DNA from: Octopus vulgaris
Taxonomy: Eukaryota
DNA length: 64,000 nucleotides
NCBI GenBank assembly: GCA_951406725.2
Contig: OX597830.1
Coordinates: 12,524,001 to 12,588,000 of the forward strand
Reading direction: 5' to 3'
The translations under genes and the position numbers were made by a program. Of the stretch, positions 28,605-43,025 are shown piece after piece. The notes below the pieces were generated by a model. The model ran no database searches and had not been told where the DNA came from. It saw only the letters and a list, made by a program, of their open reading frames with translations. Each line of letters opens with the position of its first letter. Position 1 is the stretch's first letter.

Positions 28605-29171
28605 GTGGAGGCGCGTGGCTTAGTGGTTAGGGTGTTGAACTCATGATCGTAAGGTTGTGGTTTCGATCCTAGACCGGGCGATGCGTTGTGTTCTTGAGCA
28701 AACACTTCATTTTCACGTTACTCCAGTCCACTCAGCTGGCAAAAATGAGTAACCCTGCAACGATCCGGCGTCCCGTCCAGCTGGGGAACACATACGCCAT
28801 TGAAACCGGGGAAACCAGCCCTTATGATCCTGGCATGGCTCGAGAAGGAACATTTATTTAGTGGAGGCACATGGCCTAGTGGTTAGAGCAGCGGACTCGC
28901 GGTCGAGGGATCGCAGGTTCGAATCTCAGACTGGGCGATGTGTGTGTTTATGAGCGAAACACCTAAGCTCCACGCGGCTCCGGCAGAATGTAATGGCGAA
29001 CTTCTGCTGACTCTTTCGCCACAACTTTCTCTCACTCTTTCCTCCTGCATCTTGCAGCTCACCTGCGACGGACCGGCGTACCGTCCAGGTGGGGAATTTC
29101 TACGCCACAGAAACCGGGAAGCCTGCCCTAATGAGCCTGGCACGGCTCGAGAAGGAACAAAGAAGGAAGGA
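28605..29171 (+). mobile_element. Head-to-tail dimer of two related tRNA-SINEs within one TSD
   Basis: Heads at 28605 and 28861; both end ggctcgagaaggaaca. 12-bp TSD acctgtgttatt at 28593 and 29172. Confidence 0.82.
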
Positions 29172-30249
29172 ACCTGTGTTATTCTGTATCAAACTTTCAA
29201 TTTTTAAAAATCTCTATTATTTATTGGCCTCTTCAGATTCATTACAATACAAATAAATGCAAATGTTTTCCTGCATCATCGATGCCTTACAATGGCATCC
29301 ATTACATCAAAATATATTTCCTGGTTAAAGCCACATTTCGGTAGTTTTGACTCTATTAAAGTAACCAAACGCTATCAATAAGAGAATACTACATTCACAG
29401 ACAGATAAAATATATATTCTTATTTACGAAAGCATGAAGTAATCTATTCTTGGAGTAAGGTTATATTTTCAAGTACAGAAAGTAAAAACATTTACAAATA
29501 AATATCAGACAGAAATAGCTAATTAAACTATTTCTATAAAGTAAATAACTCGAAAACGATGTTAATCGATCTTTATATTTTGATATTTATCGATTATTTT
29601 CTTTTCCTCCTGTGATTTACAATCAAAGAGATATGAAGTGAACAGAATGTAATAGAACCTATTCAGAAATATAAACAGTTACTATATACCGCACAGGTTA
29701 ATACTTTCTGTTTAGTCGTAAGCTGAACGTGTTCTCTCCACGAATAACATCAATTCATATTTATCAATGAGATAGTTTCTTTTCGAATATAGTTGCTCCA
29801 GCCGACATGAGGAATATTCTATCGTTTTCGATACTAGGTTCTATTCAATACTTGTAGAGAAATATTTTGTTTGCTTTGAAATCTCATACCTATATTGTTT
29901 TCATTTCTTCATTATAATTTTATTACGATGTTTCCTCTCTTGAATCTAAATATCAAATTTCAGCTATTGATAAAGACAGCAAGCTAGAAGTCATTGACTG
30001 ACAAAAAGAAAAAAGAAAAACACGGTATATAAGATACATCTCATTCAAGCAATCTTTTTTTCTCATTTCCGTGTTTAATTTTAATATTTCTCTGATAAGT
30101 AGCGACATAAATATCGTTCTCAGTATTTTTTATTATTATTTTTTTAATACTTAGAAAGATACCGATACCAGATTGTCAAGTCACCTAACGTCAAATTATT
30201 GTAATAAAGTACGTTGCTTACATAATTCAGAGAAAAGTATTATAACAAG

Positions 30250-30450
30250 TAGTATCCTCTAACTTCAATGCACTTGATGTAGTGCTCCAGTCATTTCGTG
30301 AAAGCCCCATGGAAGTCTTCTAAAGTTAAGATGACCAAGACCTTTGTCACAACCTCCTTCATCCCGAGAAATAACCAAGAGCCACAGGGAATATTGTCTG
30401 GACTGTAGGGAGGGTAAAGAACAGTTCTGATGTCCTCTGTCAAGTAGTTG
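30250..30450 (-). mobile_element. Mariner transposase C-terminal remnant
   Basis: Minus strand reads FHGAFTK*LEHYIKCIEVRGY, like the mariner C-terminus (KCI...G.Y). Confidence 0.55.
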
Positions 30451-31329
30451 GTTGCCAGGATGAGACGAATGTGAGAAAACGTGTGAGACAGCGAAACAAG
30501 AGAAGAGTTAAAGAAAGAGAGAAAAATAAAAAATAAAGAGGCGATGAGAGAAGTGATCCAGTATGGCCGCAGCTTCGAAGCTGAAACTAATCAAAGAATT
30601 ATATTATGAAAGAGAGTGAAAAAAAGGTTTTGATGTCAAAAATGACAACGTTTCTGTCCTTCATACTACATCTACTCTACTACAACTGTGTTTTGTAAAT
30701 ATCTTGATTCCAAAGTTTGGACCACGAACTCGAGGTTTTTGTATAATTTTTCTATTAAAACATAATTGAGAAATAGTCATGTTGTTTCAAGACAAACATT
30801 GATGCCTGTAGATATAGATATAGAGTGCCAACAGAAACAGCAAACTCTCAGACAAGATTATGTTCAACGTATTTCTACAGACGATAATTTATATACCTGT
30901 CAAGTATTGGTGTCGGTTTAATTGCCTTTACTTTTTCCATTCTATTATCATAAATTAATATCTTTATGGAATGAAAACAATTTTCGTTGGAATGTTTTGT
31001 CAGAAATGTAGACATTATTTAAACATAATCGTTTCAGATGCATTTGTATGGGCCACTCCACTGCAAGATCAAAGGTCTCTTAATGATACAGAATGACAAT
31101 GATTTTGTAACCCATTTCTCAAATAGATCATTTAGTAAACCAATCATCCAGAAGTAATTATGATGTGCCAGACACATTGATCAAAAGAAATATCATTTGG
31201 ACTTATAGCTGTTGTCTCGACGTTAATGGTGGAATGCCGTGATCCACTTAGAACCATAGTTCCAATGTTTATTCTCGTACATTAACTATGAATTAATCAT
31301 GAGAGATGCAGCCGAATGAACATTTAGAA

Positions 31330-32340
31330 GGAGAACTGTGGATTTGGTCCGGGGCATGACGTCAAACTGCAGCCTAGGGTTTTCTTGAGATGTAGGATAG
31401 CACCCTATTAGCTTCCCGTGCCAGAGCTACTGTAAAGCTGTTGGCAACAAGGCAGTGGGTATCTTAAGATGATGAAGAAATGGTGTCAAACTGCAACCTC
31501 GGGTTTTCTTGAGATTTAGGATAGCACCCTATTCGCTTCCCGTGCCAGAGTTACTGTAAAGCTGTTGGCAACAAGGCAGTGGGTATCTTAAGATGATGAA
31601 GAAATGGTTCTCTGCGACCTTTTATGATAAATGCCTGGCGTAATATAGAGTACCTGTAATTCATATGACAGAAATTAACCGTCAGTTAGTTGGCACTGCG
31701 ATTGGGAAAGGGATATTGGGGGCTCCATCTCTCTTATCTTCTCTCCTGCCCGTCCTCTATGATACGACTGACTATACTGAAACTTCAGACCACATCGCTC
31801 GTTGCGTTTGGGTCACCAAGGAGAGGATTGGACAGTGGAGAGCCTGGCTGGTAATGAAAAACAACTTAGATTAAAGTTCAGAATTGGAACATTGAACACA
31901 TGAAAACTGAAAGAAATGGGTAAGTTGAATATTATATGTAACGAAATGGACAATAACAAGATAACAATTCTTGGTATAAGCAAAGTAAATTGGACCAGCA
32001 GTGAAAACATTTTAAAACTCATAACTAAAAAATAATCATTTTCTCAATAAAGTTGAAAGAAACTGGCTAAAGGCACGATCTAAAGACATTTCTATCTAAA
32101 ATCTTTAAAAAAGCACTTTTAGGCTACAGACCCATCTCAGACAGAGTCCTTAAAATTGGACTTAAAAGCAAAACCATAAGATATTAGTTTGGTACAGTAC
32201 TACACGCTAAGAATTATAGCAAATTACGAAGAAATGGAAAAGTTTACAATTGTCTTCAGAAAAACCCTTGACAGCATACCAAGTCGAGGGATTAAGATGG
32301 TTATGGGGGACTTTAATGCCAAAGCAGGCTAACAATCCAG
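31330..32340 (+). mobile_element. Degraded RTE-type LINE 5' part, with a ~124-bp tandem duplication (31361-31608)
   Basis: APE endonuclease remnants IGTLNT*KL...ITILGISKVNW and MVMGDFNAK. The tandem unit gtcaaactgca...gatgaagaaatggt occurs twice. Confidence 0.7.
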
Positions 32341-33707
32341 ACTGCTTCGCTAATCCAGTAACAACAATACAAAGTATGTAGCCCTTAAAACGGTTTTTGT
32401 GCATCTACCGAGAATACCGAACAGTCTTACACAGGATCTTGCTTTTAGGAGTTCCCAATAAGTTATGAATGCCTAAATTGTGAAATCAGTTATGAAATAA
32501 CATGAAATTAATTACCCGATAGTAAGAATTCAAATATGGTAGCCCCGAAAAGAGTTTTAATACGTTCCCAGAGTATATAGAACATAGGAGGAAATTCTAA
32601 TAAGGTATGTATACTAAAATTGTGAAGCATATTACTTAATAACACGCTAATCAGATATGAGATAATAGCAATTCAAAGTAAATAACTCTGAAAAATGCTT
32701 TTGTTCGTTCACAGAGAATATTACCCTCAGCGGCGCCAGTGTCGGTATATTCGTGAATAAGTCACTAACCGAAATAAGTGGATCTATTGATTAGGAAAAT
32801 ACTATTTACTTGTTTAAGCGTTGCACTGGATAAATTGCGAAAATAACTCAAATAGTTCAAATACTAAGAAATAAGCACACTCAATTTGATTTATACGGAA
32901 TAATTTATGAACAGAATAAGTACTATGCTTTAATAAATAAGTCCCGAGAACGGCTTGTTCGACTAAAACCTTTCAAGGCAGTGCCCCAGCATGGCCGCAG
33001 TCAAATAACTAAAACAAGTAAAAGATAACAGAAAAAATATAGACCTTGATTTTCCCCTTAGAATCCATTTAACAGTGCGAAAAAATAAAAATAAAACACG
33101 ATGTAAAAATAAGCATATAGATAGCATAACAACTTGGATAATTAGAATATGTATACGCAGGATATATTACAGAGATGAAACTCTTAAAGGAATCTGTGAA
33201 AATAACAGATGATACTATACAGTAGAAATCAATGAATGTGGTGTATATGTAGTCCATTTGCGAAATAATATATTCGCTGTAAACGCCAAGAGTAGAGATT
33301 GTATAACTACTGTTTCTAGAACCCAGATTTCTCACGCTTGATAAGATCTTGAAAATTTTCAAATAATGGCATGGATACGATAATGTAACGTGAGTTTAGA
33401 AACCCTTCAAAGCAACCATTAAAAATGGTAACATAAAACGAATGTCGAGTAGACTAGAGATATATTTTATTTGTTACAAGGACGTAAACACACCAACAAC
33501 GGTTGTCAAGCAGTAGTGGGGGGGCAATGACAGACAGACAGGGACACACACGCACATGCACGTACACGCACGCACACACAGGCACACACACACATATATA
33601 TATATATGTATATATGTGTGTGTATATATATACATATATACATACATATATACATACATACATATATATATACATACATATATACATACATACATACATA
33701 CATACAT

Positions 33708-33747
<40 letters not shown>

Positions 33748-33755
<8 letters not shown>

Positions 33756-34468
33756 CAATAAGGGTTTAGCAACAAGTTGCCTGACCACATACCGGGAATT
33801 TTAGAAATAGCAGCCAAAAGACTACTATTTCCTTTTTCTACAAAAATATGTCTCCACAGACAACAATATTTGTAATTCACACATGGCAAAAAAGAAGAAA
33901 AATAATGAAATCAAACAGTCTTCGATTAATTATGGACGTGTTTCTGGATTAGAATCATAAGACTCATTTCCTTTGTCAACATAATATTTCGATAAATATA
34001 AATCTGAAGATGCTAGGAGAACTTACCCCTTATATGTCTGACCAAGCGTCATCAGAACATATAAAAGCTAATCAGCATATCCCCATTTATATAGACGAGT
34101 GAATTCGTATATCCCTCCAATTTTCTACCATGTGTGTCACAAAATAGTACTGCCGAAAAAAGATTCGTAGTTTTGTCGTCGGGCAGTGAAATAATCATTA
34201 CAGATATAGGGTGAAAAATTATTAATTTGATAAAATCAACAAATTTCACCTAGTAGTATTTCGGTATGGAAAAGGACCATATTCAGTAAAAACGTATACA
34301 AAAAGTTTTTTTTATATATATAAATATAACAATAAGGGCTTAGCAACAAGTTGCTTGACCACATACCGAAAAGTTTAGAAATAGCAGCCAAAAGACTACT
34401 ATTTCCTTTTTCTACAAAAATATGTCTCCACAGACAACAATATTTGTAACTCACACATGGCAAAAAAT
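33748..34468 (+). repeat. Near-identical ~145-bp direct duplication (33748-33893 and 34324-34468)
   Basis: ataacaataaggg...cacacatggcaaaaaa repeated with few mismatches. Confidence 0.9.
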
Positions 34469-35095
34469 AATATATATATCCTTCTCTCCTCTTCACCGTT
34501 CCCTCTCTCTCATTCTTCCTCCTTGACTCTCTGTCGCTGACACGTGAGAAAAGGGAATCTATCTTTCTGCCCATATCCTTCCTAAAGACAACACGTGTTT
34601 ATACCTACCTCCTCTCATGAGTTCGTCTTCCTAGCTTTCATAACAATTTTTCTATCGTCTTGACTTAACAGCCCTCACCGTCTGTTTTTACTGTCCTGTT
34701 CTCACTGTCCTGTTCTTGTTACCACTTTCACCCTCCGCAAAAAATCCCAAATTTTATTTAATTTGCTTTGCGGGAAGGATTGTTCCAACGAAGTCGTGTC
34801 TTACCCTTGCTCTCGAAAACGCGGCGTAGATGAAACAGGGACAACTGATGAAGGGGAATGTTCTTTATGTTGATTGTCTCGTTTCTCTGTTTGTTTTTTT
34901 TCGTTGTTCGAAAAAAAGTTCGTTTTCTATGTTTTTGCTTTTATGTTTTCGTCTCTCATTCTGTTCAACGTTTTCTTATGTCCTGTATATGCATGTATAT
35001 ATACATATATATGTAGGTATGTACATATATGTATATATGCATATATTTATATATTATTTATATTATATTATATATATATATTATATATATATATA

Positions 35096-35205
35096 TTAAT
35101 GTTTAGCAGAAGCAACAGAGCGACTCAAGCTCTGAGAGTTTGATAAGGGCTGATGCACGAAACTTTTGGACCTCGAGTCACTCTGTTGCTTCTACTAAAT
35201 ATTAA
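35096..35205. repeat. Small fold-back next to (TA)n with a truncated CTGATG..GAAAC centre
   Basis: ttaatgtttagcagaagcaacagagcgactc pairs with gagtcactctgttgcttctactaaatattaa. Confidence 0.75.
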
Positions 35206-35319
35206 CAAAAATATATACGTACTCATACATTGAGTCCTATTTTCCTGTTTGCATCATCATAATTGTTCGGAGGCACACATATATATGCATAAACACATAT
35301 AGACATATGTGTGTGTATG

Positions 35320-35495
35320 CGTGTGTGTGTATACTAGAGCTTCTTTCAGTTTCCGTCTACCAAAACCACTCACGAAGCTTGATCGGCCCGAGGCTATAGT
35401 GAAAGACACTTGCTCATGACGCCATGCAGTGGGACTGGACCCGGAACCATGCGGTTGGGAAGCAAACTTCTTACTACACATCCACGCTTGCGCCT
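35320..35495 (-). mobile_element. SINE family A, 5' half
   Basis: Matches the head of family A. Confidence 0.78.
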
Positions 35496-36451
35496 ATGTG
35501 CATACTTTTTAAACCATCGTGACACTTTCCTGTAATGCCAAAGTTTAATTATTCAATATTTTCAGTGAAATCCAAGAACTGAGTAAGTTGTTCAGTTATA
35601 TTATAACCCAAGATATCATTGTCCTTCGCAAATCGTTCTCAGTGGAGTTTTCGTTTCTATATTACAGAATACGTTGGAAATTCCAACGTTTGTGTTGGTT
35701 TTATTAAATAGCGATTACACAATTAATAACTGTAACAACAAAGTCTACAACAGAAGCTAATCTCCAGGTAGAAGCAAACGTAAAGTGAATCGTGATATAT
35801 AAACCCTCGTGAATTCTACGTTTCTTATCACAAACCTATTTTTGTATCAGATCATTTAATAACTGATAATTTTCGCAGAAATTTTATTTTTCTTTCGTAT
35901 TGTTTTGAAAAGTTAAAGAGTGCTATATTTTGGTAAATTCACCTCGTTATGTATCTTTTAATAGATACATATTTGGAGAGGTATTTGAAAACAATAGGCA
36001 ATTCAGTTTAGTAAAGTAATTTAGTATCTAAAACATTTCCCTTGCGGTGTAATGGTGATAGATATTTCTTTCCAAACATAGTTTAAACACCCGGGCACTT
36101 CCCATGAGATCTGCCACTTAACTACTAGTTATTATGGCAGCATCTGCTCTTTCAGGTGGAATCTTACATCTAATTACCTACTCAACAAACGTTTCAGTAT
36201 AACGCCACAGAAACAAATATAATTTCAGGTAGAAAGAACACATATATCGATTTTCATTTTAAGTTAAATACCTCAGTTATTTGGAGACCTACTTCTCGGC
36301 CACTGAATTTAATAGTGCTGCTATAGAACTGAACTGGCAGAAACCAATTTAAATGAAAAAAAATCCATATTAAAAGATACTAGCTCGTATATATATATAG
36401 TTAAGATAATGATTGATTATACATATGTTATTTATAAAATAATACTAATGA

Positions 36452-36700
<249 letters not shown>

Positions 36701-36740
36701 AGATACACTCTCACACGTGTGAGTGTGTATGTAGTGTGTG

Positions 36741-36782
<42 letters not shown>

Positions 36783-37801
36783 TGTATGTATGTATAGTAA
36801 ATATTAACAATATTGCTGTTGATAAATAGAATTGAATTTATATATACATAAACATGTGGCCTGCGACACTATTTGTTGCTGTGTTCATGTACTCTGTAAC
36901 AGTAACTAAAAATATTTGTCTATTATTAAATATTTTGCTTAAACACGCACGCAGTGGGGGAGTGTGTGTTGAAGATGTTTATAGTCAAAATGAGTGATTT
37001 CAGAATAAGCTCAATGCAGTTGGTATTCAGTTTCATCTTATCATGGTTTACATCTGAAGGATAAGTATTCTATTAAATATTTAAAAATGAAACGCGTGTT
37101 AGAAAATGGATGATAATTTACTTTCTACTGTATATTTGCTCTACTCAAATGCATTTTAAAATCATATTCTAAACAGAATAATGATATTCTTTATGATGTA
37201 AAGTTGAAAAAATATCATACTTTACATCATAAAGAATAACATTATTCTGTTTACCTTCCGAATTATGAGTGACTGGTTGCAACAGACTAAAAACAAACGG
37301 CCATGGCTGAAAATCAGTAATTGTGTTTTAGCAGATTGCTTTCTAATAACCAGTATCGCTTTACAGATAAGTGTAGGTAAGAAGATTGCTTCGCCAATGC
37401 GTGGTTTTGAGTTCAACGCCACTGCACAACCCCATAGACAAGTTTCTTCTGTCATAACATCGAGCCTATCTAAGATTTATGACCGAATTTTGTGATATGG
37501 AAACTAAATGGAATCGCGTCAGACGTTTTCCTCTTGTTCGTAGTTACTATGTATCACCCGGTTTAAAAAACATCACCTAACAGCTTAAATTCTGCATTAT
37601 TTTGAAGGATTTTTGCATTTCGCATTAATACAGACATTTAAGTAATTTATCTCTTATTAATTATAATGATGTTTAATTATTTACATGTTTAAGTTAGACT
37701 TTGTATCGCCCGATATATATATATATATATATATAAAATCAAAATGAGGGTGAAAAATTGGGTATTAATTTTATAACATCAATTTTAACACCAGTGGTCT
37801 A

Positions 37802-37838
<37 letters not shown>

Positions 37839-38984
37839 TATACATATACACATATATATACATATATATACACATATACATATATACACGTATACATATA
37901 TACACATATACATATACACATATACATATATACATATACACATATACATATACATATATATATATATATATACATATATATATACATACATATATATACA
38001 TATATATATATAACATGGTTTTGGGTTCAATGCCCCGCGTTGCACCTTCAGCAAGTGTCTTCTTCTTTAGCCTCAGCCTTGTGAATGGTTTTGTAGACGG
38101 CATGTGTGTGTGTGTGTACATATACATATTATACAAGACTGTGCCCGAGCATGGCCGCAGTCTAACGATTGAAACAAAGGAAAGATATATACATGCATGT
38201 ATGTATGTATGTATGTATGTATGTATGTATATACGTATGTCCTGGGTATGATTTAAACGGCATCCTGCAGTAGGGTTCTGGTTTTGGCGTTCCAAAATTT
38301 CGAGGAGCGTGGAACCACCTCTTAGCCACAATAATTCCCAGGTCTACTCAACCCCGGAAGAGGAGTGTCTATCAGGGTCTCAACGTATCTGTCAGGTTAA
38401 CTAACATATGTTAATACAAACCACCTGAGAGCGGAGACGCAGAAATACCCTTGGTTAGTGTTACGGTTATCACTACAACCACTGGCAGTGTGGGACATCT
38501 ACCTGTTGCTGCCGCATCCTTCTAGGGAAACTACATTGATATGTAAAACCTGCGGCTTCACGTGATTACTGAACATGTCACCTTGGCCTGTCACTTTGTA
38601 CTAATTTCTGAGGCTCAATTTATCAAGAGTTTATCGTTATAACCCAATAATGTATAGATGTCCCTTTTTGGTAAACTGTCATTTGTCGTGCTGTTAAGTC
38701 CAACGGTGATGGAAGAGTGGCGATGTGTGTAGACCTAAGCAGTTGGAGGCGTACAGTTATAAACTGCTCATTCCAACATACTTGTTGTGTCTATCCGTGA
38801 CAGGGACCAACACCGGTGGGGGTTCTTGCGTTTAAGCAGCCCTTTTTAAGGAAGAGTACTACTCATCCAAATTCCATGTAAGGTGGTAGAAAATAGGTCT
38901 TAAACATTGCTTGTCACCTCTTTTCTACGGCTAACGATGGTTCATTCAAAAAGGAACAGGAAAGATGAAATTCAAAATATAACA

Positions 38985-39950
38985 TTTGCAAAACATCGAA
39001 CTAAACTCAATATTTGTTGCTGTTGGCTTTCTCTTTTGTCAAAATTATTGTTCAGCGTGTTTTAGACCAAATTTCATCTCGTGTTCTTGTTAATGCAAAT
39101 GAACTGTGTTCACTAGAGAACAGACTTGAGCTTCGCTCTTATATATTTTGAGATCTTCTATAGATAATAGCTGGTTGATTTTCTGCTGTTTTCCTTTAAA
39201 CTCATATTCAGATGTTACATTTAATAATTTTAGAGGAATCATGCATAAACCAAATAGCAAAGGAATCAATCTGTACCCCTAAAAGATCCCTCTTTTCGTT
39301 CTTACTATTCCTAGATTCTGAGCTCAGTCTTCCAACTTGCCATATTCTTTCTCAAAACACTCTAGACATTCTTTGCTGTGGCAAACGTGTTCAATAGGCC
39401 TCACAGTAATCTATTGATCCCGTTGCTAAATATCTCTTCCTTCGCTTAAAATCTTCGATTACCGTTTTATCTTTGAGTAACTGGCTTTTAGTTCCCATAC
39501 AATTCCGTTTACAACCCTTCTGCTCAACAGGGAAAATTCCATTATCAAGAAATATATTCATTTCATTAGCGGTTGTTCCAGAGAGCAGCAGTTTCTACGT
39601 CAGTAGGAGGCATGATATGGATCTGTAATTATCTAAAGCATTCCTTTCTGAAAAAGCATCCTTCAAACACAAAGTGTATAACTATGTTATCCATTCAGGA
39701 ATCTTTTCATTTCCGTTGATCGGTGCATTAAAGTGTTCTGCTATTTTTTATGGCATCAGATCTAACTACTTTCCAAACACTCATCTCCCTGCTTACTTTT
39801 CGCACGTTTTCTGCTTAATTTCTAATTTCTTTCTGTTGTGGAGAAGAAACAGGATCCTTCAAATTTTGTAGCCACTCAACCGCAACATTATGTTGTTTTC
39901 CTTACTTTATATCTCACTCAAAAATAGACAACTTTCTTCTGCTTCTGATA
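38985..39950 (-). mobile_element. Highly degraded R4/Dong LINE
   Basis: Minus strand near 39420-39560 reads IFPVEQKGCKRNCMGTKSQLLKDKTVIED, compared with [29 protein letters not shown] in the intact copy. Confidence 0.72.
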
Positions 39951-41203
39951 TAAGATTTTCGTATATGTTTTCCTTACTTATTTCTTGATAAAATTTCTTC
40001 AGGTCAATTTAGAATGATTTATTTTGCTTACGATGCTTCACTATTTGGTCATACCTTCTTACTTTTTTTCTCTTTTCGCCAAAATGCACAATTTTCCCCA
40101 TTATTCAATTACAAACATTCAGCCCTCTTCTGCCAATGCTATATTACATAGGAAAATGCCAGCAAGAAAATAATATTTCTAAGATTATTAAACTGGAAAA
40201 GTACAGCACAAGCTATTACACTTGAAAAGTTCAGGGCACCTTATTACATCTGGTAAAGTTCAGAGCAAGGAAATTTTTACTTAAAAATTGCAGCTAAAGA
40301 TAAAATTTCAAATAAAATATTTATATTTAGAAAATATCAGATTTTATTAAAACTAGAAAAATTTTTACAAGTTATTACTTCTATTTGTTATTAAAAATAG
40401 AAAATAACTCAAAGTAATTTTTGCACTTAAAAAAAGTCATTGGACTACAACTAGTTTGAGCTCTATAGGAAAGTTTCGAAGAAGAGAGGAAAAAAAATAG
40501 GACCAAATAATAGAGGGTAAATCGAAACTAACAATCATGGTGAGAGATAGATATATAAGACCTTTTGCATTTTACACCAAAATCGAAAATGAAAGTTTAT
40601 TTCATATCTTTTGCAGAATAGTTTGTTCTAAGAGAACATCTACCTTTAAGTGGTGATAAATATTATCTCTCGATATATAAATATCGAGAACAAGAAGATA
40701 CATAGAAAAGAGCAACCGAGGCCAGTGTGGGTTGGGAAGTGGGATGCGGCAAGGTGGTATGGTGTGAAGAAGACCCCATGTGTAATAGGGGCAGCATGTG
40801 GGGCAAGTACATTAGAATTATCAATTAGCTAGACTAAGCCACCGGAGGTAGAGGGTGGCGTACAAGATAAAATATATCTACTACAGCAGTTTGATTTGGG
40901 TTTTCAATGCAATGTGTATAGGTGTGAAAAGGTTCCCTCTCTGTTTCTGTCTGCCCTCTATCATTTCCTCCTCCTACCACTGACATGTGACCTGTGGTCA
41001 GTCATATCTCGTTCCTTTCACGATCGGTTGTCTTACTAAGTAGTCGTACTTTCTCGCCTTTCGCAGTTTCTTTGTTAAATTCTTGAGGATATTCTCCCAG
41101 CGTTGACATTTATTATGTTTTTGACTCATTTAATGAAATGCTACGTACAGCAAGAAACTTTTTTGTTTACAAGTAAGTACTATATGCGTGTGTGTGTGTA
41201 TCA

Positions 41204-41407
41204 TTCGCCATGATAGATCGCTAGCAACTAAACCTTTTTCTATTTTCTCTCCCTGTTTATTTCTGTGTTCCTTTCTGTCGATGAGCGTAGGCTCGAAATG
41301 TAAAAGACTTTCTCACTTCCGAGCGTTAAATTAATACATCTGTTTGTTGTTTATACACCCGCTTTTGTCTTTTGTTTTTTTTTTGGTAAATTCTCACTAT
41401 ATATATG

Positions 41408-41447
<40 letters not shown>

Positions 41448-41457
41448 CATATATGAA

Positions 41458-41504
<47 letters not shown>

Positions 41505-41821
41505 GTATATATATATATATGTATGTATGTATATATACATACATACATACATATATGTGTATATTTATATGTACACACATACATACACACATATATTTGT
41601 TAATATATAATATGTGTGTGTGTGTAGTTGAAATTTACAGAAAAACAAAAGACGAAGACAGGTGTATAAACAGCAAGCAGGTGTATTAGTTTGACGCTCG
41701 GGAAGGTGAGAAAGTATTTTACGTTTCGAGCCTACGCTCTTCAACAGAAAGGAACACGAGGAAATAAACAGAGAGAGAATATAAAAAAAAAACTTGTGGA
41801 GTTAGCGGTCAATCATGGCGA
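41204..41821. mobile_element. Tail-to-tail inverted pair of CUGUNGA-family elements (copies 3 and 4) around a (TA/TG)n array
   Basis: 41204-41398 (+) and 41624-41821 (-). Cores at 41270-41307 (CTGTCGA) and 41715-41752 (CTGTTGA). Confidence 0.82.
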
Positions 41822-41829
41822 TAAGAGGG

Positions 41830-43025
41830 TATTGTAGTTCGCTGGAAACATTGCATATTCTTTGTGAAGTGTAAAGTGTCTGGATTGGCACAACAATGCG
41901 GTGTAGACTATAATAACCATTATAAATAATTTAATTATTCATAGTCGAATATAATATTTCGGAATATAAAAATTCTTTTTTCAGATATTGCTAGGAATTA
42001 ATGGACTCACTGTTATAATCGGATTTCTAACGGTTACTGAAATTTGTCTGAATTCCTCATGACAAGTGCGTGAGGGCGGTCATGTCTCGAGCTCGTGTGC
42101 GTTGGCAGATCCGCAGCGCTGCTACCAAGTTATTATTATACGAGCATTTTTTTTCTCTACACCAGCATGTTATCACTGTGCGTGAAGGGTGTCGACGTAG
42201 TTAAATAATATAGTGATTGCTAATTTCCAACCTGTTTTTAATATGGGGCCCTAGTCTGTCTGTGAAGATAGCCTCCTTAATTCTTAAATTTCCTAAATTT
42301 CTATCATTGGGCTCAGTTGTGACTGTTATGTTTTTCTCGGTGTTCCGGCATCTGTCTAGACGTTTTCTGAAGGAGGAAGCTCGCGTGTTTCGATGTTCTT
42401 TAATGCGAATATGTAATGGTCTTGCTGTGCTGCCCACTTAGAAATTGTTGCATTTGTTACATTGGATTCGATGTATAACATTTGCCCGTTGGCATAAATC
42501 TGTGTCACGGATGGGGCAGTTAGCTAGTGGGCATTGATTGCTGTCCCTTACTCGTTTCTCTGCTAGGTGTCTTCTAAGAGAGGGGCCGGAGTGGGCTAGT
42601 TGCATGCCTAACCCTTCTCTTCTTATGGCTCTTCGGATATCTGTAGTTATCCTCTCACTAAAATTGGGTATTTTAAGTAAGCATGTGTAGCTGGGTTTTC
42701 TATCTGTTTGGCATGTTTGTCGTCTCGGGTACTTAAGCCGATTCACAATGGATATAAGATACCCGTTGGTTTTCAATACCTCTAGAAAGCGTGTGGTGTG
42801 GCTCACCTTGTCCTCTGTCCAGCTGCACTTGTTCTGGATGCGTATCAGTTCATTTCTGGTATATACTATTTTGGCACCGAATGGAAGGGCTGAACTGTAA
42901 TGAGCAAACATATCTCTACTGGCAGTTTTCCTGTAGAACTCGGTGTGGATCTCTTCTTTTTCCGTTATTTTCAGTTGAAAGTCGAGCATCGATAAGGATC
43001 CAGTGTTGTCGGGTATATTTGTGAA
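41830..43025 (-). pseudogene. Penelope-like element fragment (RT C-terminus plus GIY-YIG)
   Basis: LDFQL...TEFYRK...HYSSALP...CPLANCPIRDTDLCQRANVIHRIQCNKCNNF*VGSTARPLHIRIKEH...LRIKEAIF. The Tyr of the YIG/YVG motif is mutated to a stop. Confidence 0.87.

Noticed and set aside
31361-31608. Tandem repeat considered as CRISPR-like or LTR
   Set aside because: Only two adjacent copies with no spacers, within an RTE 5' region.
33336-33453. Possible minus-strand exon STRHSFYV...IIVSMPLFENFQDLIK
   Set aside because: AG/GT present but the phase is incompatible, and the 47298 and 21411 exons already join into a sensible GAF-B sequence.
34830-34870. CTGATGA motif suggesting another hammerhead
   Set aside because: No downstream GAAA or stem pairing in the required order. 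The same applies to hits at about 5977, 10290, 19571, 28498 and 45287.
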